Below, in pieces: positions 9,179 through 17,300 of a DNA stretch of 64,000 nt (its first letter is position 1; every line of letters begins with the position of its first letter). The stretch is taken from sequence record LR756501.1; one strand, 5' to 3'. A program made the translations under genes and the position numbers. The notes under the pieces were generated by a model that did no database searches, was not told the origin of the DNA, and saw only the letters and a list, made by a program, of their open reading frames with translations.

Positions 9179-9409
9179 TTATCCTTTAATTCTAAATCTA
9201 CCAACAAGTTTCTTGTAAGTACTTTCTAATAGTTTACCTTCGTATTTTCCTTCACTCAAGTAAATATTTTTAATTTCTTCTAAGGTATCTAGATTACAAT
9301 TATCCATCAACTCTTCTAAAATTTCAAATTTCTGTTGGTCGTAAAGATTATCAACTTTGATATAAGAGTAATCCATGTTAGTCTCTACATTTTCTACTTC
9401 TTCTTTCAT
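9179..9409 (-). CDS. Hypothetical protein
   Basis: 76-aa ORF in a co-oriented cluster. Confidence 0.55.
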   Translation of the reverse strand: MKEEVENVETNMDYSYIKVDNLYDQQKFEILEELMDNCNLDTLEEIKNIYLSEGKYEGKLLESTYKKLVGRFRIKG

Positions 9410-9426
9410 AATAGTTCTTTATTTTT

Positions 9427-9885
9427 TTAACAATGTGAAGGACGAATATCCTGCCATTTTGGGTGTCCTGTATAAGGTCTAGGATTTTCACCTTCTTTAA
9501 TGACTTGGCTTGGAGGAGGTGTTGGTTTATTTGGAAAACGATCAGCTGGTGGTTTAGGTGGCTCTTGTCCTTCTTTTAAAATCCTAGGTGGTGGAGGCGG
9601 AGGTGGTGGAGGTATTGGTTTACTTTTATTTTCCTTAATCATAACAGGTTCAGCTATAATTATTTTTGATGGATCAATTTCAATTTTTTCACCTCTTTTC
9701 TTTTGCTCTTTAATAATAGTCATTACCGCTTCTTGTAGTTTAGAAGGTTTTTGTTTACCTTTTAACTTCTTTAACACATCTTTCATTTCATCAGTAATCA
9801 TTACTCTATTAGTAACTGTACCAATAGTGAAAGCATTATTATCCAATAGTAAATCTATTAGTTTTATTAAATGTTTCTTTTTCAT
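9427..9885 (-). CDS. Proline-rich hypothetical protein
   Basis: PIPPPPPPPPR tract; start MKKKHL at 9885 chosen because an upstream small gene ends at 9888. Confidence 0.6.
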   Translation of the reverse strand: MKKKHLIKLIDLLLDNNAFTIGTVTNRVMITDEMKDVLKKLKGKQKPSKLQEAVMTIIKEQKKRGEKIEIDPSKIIIAEPVMIKENKSKPIPPPPPPPPPRILKEGQEPPKPPADRFPNKPTPPPSQVIKEGENPRPYTGHPKWQDIRPSHC

Positions 9886-9887
9886 TT

Positions 9888-10043
9888 TTACTTTTCTATT
9901 TTTACAATACAAATGTCGAAACCATCGTGTACTTCGTTATCCCAATCTAATGTGATTCCGTGTTTACTTGTAATTGCGTTGACTTCTGCTATAATATCGT
10001 ACGCGTTATCGTCATACTCTACTCTAAATCTGTGCTCTTCCAT
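9888..10043 (-). CDS. Small hypothetical protein (51 aa, not in ORF track)
   Basis: Translated by hand as MEEHRFRVEYDDNAYDIIAEVNAITSKHGITLDWDNEVHDGFDICIVKIEK*. Confidence 0.55.
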   Translation of the reverse strand: MEEHRFRVEYDDNAYDIIAEVNAITSKHGITLDWDNEVHDGFDICIVKIEK

Positions 10044-10067
10044 AATTCAATTTTTTAAAAACCCTAG

Positions 10068-10098
10068 AAAAAACTGGGAGATTTCTCTCCCAGTTTTT
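10068..10098 (-). terminator. Rho-independent terminator after the vault-protein gene
   Basis: On the minus strand AAAAACTGGGAGA-GAAA-TCTCCCAGTTTTT with a U-tract. Confidence 0.8.
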
Positions 10099-10118
10099 CT
10101 TCGGATTAGGTGAAAGGA

Positions 10119-12548
10119 TTACTTTTTAACTGTTGATGTTTTTGGTTTCAATTTTTCTGCTACACCTTCTAAAAGAGGTTCTAATGAAGAACCTTTGATA
10201 GTATCTTGTAGAGATTTAAATCCACCGTTTTCACCAAAGAAACCATTGCTTTGTTCCTTTAGATTTCTTGCTAAAATCTCTGTCTGACTTACACCACCAA
10301 TAGTGATAAGAGCTTCGATTAATCCTGGTTGGATTGCTTCGAGTTTTCTTCTTGTCTCTTCAATTCCTATCTCTGTAAGTGCTCTCTTAGTCTCGATTTC
10401 TAAATTATCTGATTTACTCTTATCCGACAAATCAATGTCGTTGAGAGCACTGCCGAATTCAGTATCAGCTAATTTCATTTTTCTGTTACCTTCGTTCAAC
10501 TTATCTTCTTCATTCAATTTTTCAAGTGCCTTTTTGATTGAAAGAATTTCAGTTGTTGCAGTTTCCATTATCTTATTTCTCTGAATAGTCTGTTGAGCTT
10601 TAAAAAGTTCTTCATCTTGTTTCAAAGACATGAAACTCAGATTATTCTGAATGGTTTTCTTCTGAACTGCTTTTAAAAGATTATCAATTTCTTGATCGTC
10701 TATGCTAGTTTGAAGAACCTCTACATCATAAATCTTCATTCCATTCTCTTCAAATTTTCTGCCTGGTCTCTTTTGTCCTTCTACTGATTTACCTAAGATA
10801 GTATCTCTGATTAAATCAACTCCGTTCTTCTGGAATTCATCTACTGATACCTTCTTAATAGTATTTCTAAGGATCGAACGAATGTTCTGTGTAAGTAATT
10901 TAACATAGTTTGATACAGTAAACCAATTCTTAGCGTGAGATTCTTCAAAGTTAACTCTGTAAGAAAGTCTAATTTTGAGTTTTACCATATCAGAAGTTTC
11001 AGCCTCAATAATATCAGAAACAATATTATTACTGATTTGTAAGTAAGCAGTCTTCAAAAGATCGTGATCTGTCTTTGGTTTGCCTGTTGAAAGTTCCATT
11101 ACCTCTAAGGTTTCGTCATATTCCAACATAATAACTTTAGGACCGATTTCGACTCTTCTATCACCTTTCTTACTGATGACTTGTACTGCGTATCCTGGCC
11201 ACACATTGATATTAACCGCTCCATCATATTTAGTATCTAAAGTTATGGTTCTTGGTTTTGTAAATGAACTCTTCCTCTTTAATTCGTCAGAGAAAGCAGC
11301 TGGGCCAGCTGATGATACTGCTCCATAAACTTTATTAACAGCATTTGAGTAAACAGTTGATGCTACGTAACCTCTTGAGAGAGTCTCTGGGGAATTCATT
11401 AAAGAAATTTTAGCCAATTCGTCATTGTGCTCAATTGCTTCAGAATTACCCGGAAACATAACTGCTATAGATTTCTTATCCAAGATACGTTTAATAATAA
11501 CCTTTTTTCTTGGATCTGGAAGTAACATCAATGGACCTTTGACTAAATCAATCTTACCACTTTCTTTATCCAATACGTATCTTGCTTCACCATCTGGGAC
11601 GGTAACTGCGTAATGGATAGGATCTTGATTATCATATGTCACTATTGAGTGCTCTGGTCTTGGGTAATAAATCTTAGTTTCTTTACCTGTGATAAAGAGC
11701 TCTTCACCAGCTTTAAATTCAACATCACCTTCTTTATAATTGGCTATAACCTTAATATAAAGTCCCATATTTTCATTGAGTTCGATGGCTTTAAACTTAC
11801 GTTTACCTTCTTTCTCAACAAAATTTTCAGTAGGCTTTGGAAAAACCACAGCTGGACCGTTTACAAATCTTTTCTCACCATTTTCATCTAAAAGAATACA
11901 ATATTCTAACATTTCTAAGGTCTCAGCCTTGCGAATATAATTGTTTCCTTCTAACGGTATGACTTCCATACCTGTTGGTGGAATAAAAAAAGATACGTCA
12001 GTACCTTTAATAACTATAAGCTTACCTGTAACTAAATTTGATTTATCAAAAATATCTTTCTTGCTTTCTTGATTAGTAATAACAACAGATTTCTCAATGT
12101 TCTCACGAACTTCCTTGTCGTTATAAACTCTTGCGATAAGATATTCATTTGATTTTAATTGGTGCCCATCGATAACCCTGGCTATTTGTCCTGGGTAAAG
12201 AGCGAAAGTATCAGGACCAGAAATGTTTATTTTCTTCCCGATTGATAAAGTAGCGGATTGTTTTGATTTTGATCCTGGGTGTCTGTTAAACGTCTCAGCA
12301 TCAACTTGAGGATTAACTAGTTCGATATATTGGCCTTCAGTTGCCTTTATCCAAGCTAGTATCGCTTCCAGCTTTGAGTCGCATGGTACGAATTTACTAG
12401 ATTTTGGATCGTAAGAGACTAACTTATCTGTATCAGATAAACTTGTCTTAAACGGTCCAACGATTACTTCTACATTTCCAATTGTGCCATCTTGGATGAA
12501 TGCGTACATCCCCTGGGATAGTACGAGATCGCCTTTTTTGTCTTCCAT
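10119..12548 (-). CDS. Major vault protein (MVP) homolog
   Basis: Tandem beta repeats (GPDTFALYPGQ, GPAVVFPKPTE, KGPLMLLPDP), then AVQV..K.GDRRVEIGPKVIMLEYDETLEVMELSTGKPK, SDIIEAETSDMVKLKIRLSYRVNF (MVP shoulder/SPFH domain), then a long cap helix. Confidence 0.85.
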   Translation of the reverse strand: MEDKKGDLVLSQGMYAFIQDGTIGNVEVIVGPFKTSLSDTDKLVSYDPKSSKFVPCDSKLEAILAWIKATEGQYIELVNPQVDAETFNRHPGSKSKQSATLSIGKKINISGPDTFALYPGQIARVIDGHQLKSNEYLIARVYNDKEVRENIEKSVVITNQESKKDIFDKSNLVTGKLIVIKGTDVSFFIPPTGMEVIPLEGNNYIRKAETLEMLEYCILLDENGEKRFVNGPAVVFPKPTENFVEKEGKRKFKAIELNENMGLYIKVIANYKEGDVEFKAGEELFITGKETKIYYPRPEHSIVTYDNQDPIHYAVTVPDGEARYVLDKESGKIDLVKGPLMLLPDPRKKVIIKRILDKKSIAVMFPGNSEAIEHNDELAKISLMNSPETLSRGYVASTVYSNAVNKVYGAVSSAGPAAFSDELKRKSSFTKPRTITLDTKYDGAVNINVWPGYAVQVISKKGDRRVEIGPKVIMLEYDETLEVMELSTGKPKTDHDLLKTAYLQISNNIVSDIIEAETSDMVKLKIRLSYRVNFEESHAKNWFTVSNYVKLLTQNIRSILRNTIKKVSVDEFQKNGVDLIRDTILGKSVEGQKRPGRKFEENGMKIYDVEVLQTSIDDQEIDNLLKAVQKKTIQNNLSFMSLKQDEELFKAQQTIQRNKIMETATTEILSIKKALEKLNEEDKLNEGNRKMKLADTEFGSALNDIDLSDKSKSDNLEIETKRALTEIGIEETRRKLEAIQPGLIEALITIGGVSQTEILARNLKEQSNGFFGENGGFKSLQDTIKGSSLEPLLEGVAEKLKPKTSTVKK

Positions 12549-12617
12549 ATTGCTTTTTTTTTAAGATGACTTTCGCCATCCTATTGTTTATAATAAATTA
12601 AGTTAATTCAATTTTAA

Positions 12618-13082
12618 TTACTTTTTCCATCTTTTAGCAGCTTTAGGAGTTACTTGACTTTCTTGGTCTTTCTTGTCCTTCTTCTGTTTTTCATATTCCT
12701 TTTGTAAACGATTAGCGTTTTCAACTAACTTTAAGGAAAACTTCTCAATGATACCACAAGATGTGTTAATCTCTGGTTCTTTGATACTTATAGTTCCCTT
12801 TTCTAAATCGAATTCAATCTTATCAATCTCTTGTTCTACCAAGATTTGTTTTGTTTGATCGTCGAAGTTATTGAAATAATCTTCGTTGAAAACAACTAGA
12901 ATATCAGCGTCTAAGAGATAAGAGAAAGTATCAGATATTTTAGTTACCTTAACCAATTTCTTTTGTTTACTATTTGCAACGAAAACGAATTTAATATCCA
13001 TTGGCATTGCGAAGGCCTTTTCTATTCCTTTAAAATAAGCGATGATTTCATCACTTAAACTTTCATATTGTTCTTTAGCCAT
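12618..13082 (-). CDS. Phage metallopeptidase-like protein with degenerate active site
   Basis: D..I.FNEDYFNNFDDQTKQILVEQEIDKI; the HExxH position reads QEIDK. Confidence 0.5.
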   Translation of the reverse strand: MAKEQYESLSDEIIAYFKGIEKAFAMPMDIKFVFVANSKQKKLVKVTKISDTFSYLLDADILVVFNEDYFNNFDDQTKQILVEQEIDKIEFDLEKGTISIKEPEINTSCGIIEKFSLKLVENANRLQKEYEKQKKDKKDQESQVTPKAAKRWKK

Positions 13083-13101
13083 AATTTTATTTTTTTATTT
13101 T

Positions 13102-13404
13102 TTATACTTTTCTATTTTTAAATCCACCTATAAATTGTTGTAACATAGTAGGTTCTTTAACCTTTTCTTCTTGTTTCTTTTTCTCTAATAATTCCTCTTG
13201 TTCTTTCCTCCAACTATCATGTACACTAAAGAATAATACTTTCTTATCCTCATCATACATCAAATCATCATCTAAATACCAATCATAAGCAACTAAATTA
13301 CCATCAACCCCTTTTTCAATTAAAGGTGTTAGCATGTCGTATAGGTCTTTGATTGTTAGACGATTGCGTCTATTTTTTGAATTTATCACATTAATTTCTT
13401 TCAT
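13102..13404 (-). CDS. Hypothetical protein
   Basis: 100-aa ORF with ATGA coupling. Confidence 0.6.
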   Translation of the reverse strand: MKEINVINSKNRRNRLTIKDLYDMLTPLIEKGVDGNLVAYDWYLDDDLMYDEDKKVLFFSVHDSWRKEQEELLEKKKQEEKVKEPTMLQQFIGGFKNRKV

Positions 13405-13898
13405 AATACACTGTCTATTAATTCTGTTCTTTTTAAATTCTTAGCGTAATCTTCGTCTCTTATAAAAGCGTATCTTAATCCTATATTGTGCATATTTTTA
13501 AAAACTCTAATACTATAAAGATATAAAAAATCCGCTTCGTCTTTATGGTATTTCTCAAACAACCAAGATAGATTTTTTTCTTCTTCTGTTAGATCAACAA
13601 TTCTAATATCCACATCACCAACTGTGTGATAAGTGACCATTCCGTTTTTTACAATTTCAATTCTAGGAGAGATAGGAATGATGATATTCATACATTTGAA
13701 TTCATCTAATTCTTTGACTTCTTCTTCGTATCTGAGAAGATCTTCACCAGCTACGTGAGTGGTCACTTTAGGTGGTTCTGGTGTATTAGGTTTAATATTT
13801 CCCATTCCACTACCAGTTAAAACCCAACGACCTTGTATTTTATCACCCTCTTCAATTAGGGTGTCGATATTTTTCTCTATCCAGTCGATTATTCTCAT
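13401..13898 (-). CDS. Hypothetical protein
   Basis: 165-aa ORF. Confidence 0.6.
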   Translation of the reverse strand: MRIIDWIEKNIDTLIEEGDKIQGRWVLTGSGMGNIKPNTPEPPKVTTHVAGEDLLRYEEEVKELDEFKCMNIIIPISPRIEIVKNGMVTYHTVGDVDIRIVDLTEEEKNLSWLFEKYHKDEADFLYLYSIRVFKNMHNIGLRYAFIRDEDYAKNLKRTELIDSVL

Positions 13899-13908
13899 AA
13901 ACTTTATA

Positions 13909-14343
13909 TCAAAGCGCGATAATAAAGTTTACTAAAAAAATAATTAATTTTACAAGTACTGTTACGAGAATAACAGATCCAAACAACGTTATGATACCCA
14001 AAATCATATATAAAATTGCCTGATGAACGTTATATTTATATCTCAAAACAACTAAAACGTTCACTGCGTCAAGACTATCTATTTTCGAAATAGAAATAAG
14101 ATCTAACATACCAATAGATAAGAAGTATTCTTCAATAGAAGCAATGTATTTTTTAACTTCGTTGTCCAGATAGTCGTAGCCGTAGGTTTTAAGAACCTCT
14201 TGGCGTTCTTCTGTTACATTTAAAACTGTATATAATCTACCGTATTTTCTATCATATCTAAATTTATAACGTTGTGAAATGATTTCAAAATTCTCATTTA
14301 TTATCTTTCTATATCTGAAATAACCTAAAAACTTGTTGAACAT
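13909..14343 (-). CDS. Hypothetical protein with C-terminal membrane anchor
   Basis: Long hydrophobic C-terminus. Confidence 0.65.
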   Translation of the reverse strand: MFNKFLGYFRYRKIINENFEIISQRYKFRYDRKYGRLYTVLNVTEERQEVLKTYGYDYLDNEVKKYIASIEEYFLSIGMLDLISISKIDSLDAVNVLVVLRYKYNVHQAILYMILGIITLFGSVILVTVLVKLIIFLVNFIIAL

Positions 14344-14397
14344 AAAATTAGCATTTTTCTTTATATATTAACAAATATAAGCATTGTTTAAAAAAAA

Positions 14398-17300
14398 TTA
14401 ATCGTGTGTAGTATTCGTCTGTGAACTACCTACCCCAGCCTTTGGTTTTGCAACTGGTTTATCTTCTGGTTTTTCTTCTTCGGGCTTAGGTTCTTGTGTA
14501 GCAATCTTTGTAACATTAGCGTCCAAATTCTTAACGTAAGCCAATAGTTCTGTATAGAACTTATCTCTACCTGTTGTTTCAGTTTCTTCACTTGCCTTAC
14601 CTTCTATTGTAGTTTCACCGCCAACAGTTTCTTTTGATTTAACAGTCGAATTATCTGATAATATAGCCTTTATATCATTTCTCTTTTTATCTATTATTGA
14701 TATAGCGTCATTTAATTTTTCCTCATCTATTAATGATAATACCATTATACCACTAGAAAATTTAGATAGTTTATCAAATGCGGACATATCAACGTTCTTC
14801 AAAGCGTCACCAAATTCTACCATAGATTTTGCCAACATTCTTATAGATTCACCTGTTGTTGTTCCCATTGATGATATTTTTAATAGAGCTTCACCCAACG
14901 AATCTAAACCATCAGCCATACCAACAGAATTTGGAAGACTATCTGATAATTTTTTCATCGAATCACTAAATGTATCAAATATACCACCCTTTATAAATAA
15001 CTCTTTATTATCTTCAAGTGATACCATTTTCTTAGCGAAACTTATTATTGCGTCACCAACTTGATCCATAGCACCAAAATCATCTGTACCTTTTAACAAA
15101 TTAACAGAATTAGTAAATGCTGATATAGTTTTTTCTATTCCTTCAGCCCAAGTGATTGGAGGGCCTTTTAACCACACATCAGGAGTAACAGTAGCAAAAC
15201 TTCTAGCCGCTTTAATCATAGATATAATAACACCGTCTAAAGCGTCACTATCAAACTCGTTATTTTGGATTTCTATTATATATTTAACAAAGGTTCCAAT
15301 AGCCATACCAACATTATCTGACCATGTTGCTGTTGGTCCTTTTAACCACACATCAGGATTAACAGTAGCAAAACTCTTGGCCGACATTATTATAGATGTA
15401 ACCACTTCATCTAGAGCGTCACTATCGAAATCATTCTTTTGGATTTCGATAATATATTTAACAAAAGTGCCAATAGCCATACTGATATTATTCACCCAAG
15501 TAACTGGAGGGCCTTTTAACCATACATCAGGAGTAACAGTAGCAAAACTTCTGGCTGCCCTAATCATAGATATAATAACACCATCAAGAGCGTCACTATC
15601 AAACTCGTTATTTTGGATTTCTATTATATATTTAACAAAGGTTCCAATAGCCATACTGATATTATTCACCCAAGTAATTGGGGGACCTTTTAACCATACA
15701 TCAGGAGTAACAGTAGCAAAACTTCTGGCTGCCCTAATCATAGATATAATAACTCCATCTAAAGCGTCACTATCGAAATCATTCTTTTGAGTTTCAATTA
15801 TATAATTAACAAAAGTTCCAATTGCTCTACCAACATTATCTGACCATGTTGCAGTTGGTCCTTTTTTCCAAACATCAGCCTCTATTCTACCGAAACTTCT
15901 TGCTGCCTTTATCATACTAACTATGATATTATCTAAATTGTCTAATGAATCTTCATCAAGATCATTTTTCTCTATTTCAATAAGATATTTAACAAATGCC
16001 CCAATTGCTTCACCTACACCTGTTGACCATGTTGTAGGTGGTCCTTTCTTCCAAATTGCCGCGTCTACTCTACCAAAATCTTTTGCTGCCTCAATCATTT
16101 GATTAATGATTCTACTTAAATTCTTTATTTCACCCTTACCAATATCTTTCTTCTCAATCTCTATAAGATATTTAACAAAAGTACTAATGGCTTCACCAAC
16201 ACCTGCTGACCATGTTGTAGGTGGACCTTTTTTCCATACTTCTGATTTAACTTCAGCAAAATCTTCAGCAGCGTCAATCATTTGACTAATAATTCTACTT
16301 AGATTCCTTATATCGCCTTTACCTATATCTTTCTTTTCTATTTCAGCGAGATATTTAACAAAGACATTGATAGCGTTACCTACACCAGTAGCCCAAGTGT
16401 CTGTTGGTCCTTTTTTCCAAACGTCTTGTTCTAAATCAGCAAAATCCTCAGCAGCTGCGATCATTGCCCTAATAGTCATTTTAAGAATTCTTAAATCACC
16501 TCTACCAACGTCGTTCTTCTCGATCTCAACTAAATTTTTTACAAATTTCTCTAAAGCGTTACCAACACCAGTTGTCCAACCAGCACTTGGGTAATTTTTA
16601 GCTTTACTCCAATCGTAATCATTTATAATTTCAGCTGCGGCAACCAAACCTCTTGCTAGTTTCTTTATTCCTGTTACTAAATCGTCACTAAAGAAACCAG
16701 ATTCTTTTTCAAAATCAGTTAAAGGTTTAGCAAAAGCGTTGATTGCGTCACCAACACCTTTTGCCCATCCTTCTGATGGATAATTTTTAATTTTGTTCCA
16801 TTCAAATTCATTAAGTATTTTTGCAGCCATTATTATTCCATGGCATAATGTATATACATATAACATAAATTCTAAACCAGGATCAACACCAGCTTCATCC
16901 AAAGCCGCCATACCTTTCGCAAATGCTAATATAGATCCACCAACACCTTTTGCCCATCCTTCACTTGGATAATTATTACTCCAAGAAACACTGCTCAACG
17001 CCTGATTTGCTATAACCATAGCGTTAGCAATATCTATAATTTTTTGTCCTTGATCCTGCCCAAATATAGCACCTAATAAACTATCTGACTCTGAAAGTGC
17101 TGCTAGACCCAAAGCAAATGCCTGTATTGATCCACCTACTCCCTTAGCCCAAGCCTCTGTTGGACCACCAATATAATTACCACCAGCTAATATATTAGAT
17201 ACCTCTACTATTGTTTCAGCCACTTTCTTCATACTCCAACCACCCAATAATATGAATGGTAATAAAGCACTGAATAATATAGTGGACATACCAACAGCCA

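Noticed and set aside
15150-15870. 174-bp repeats as a CRISPR array
   Set aside because: They are in-frame coding repeats with no unique spacers, the unit is too long, and there are no cas genes
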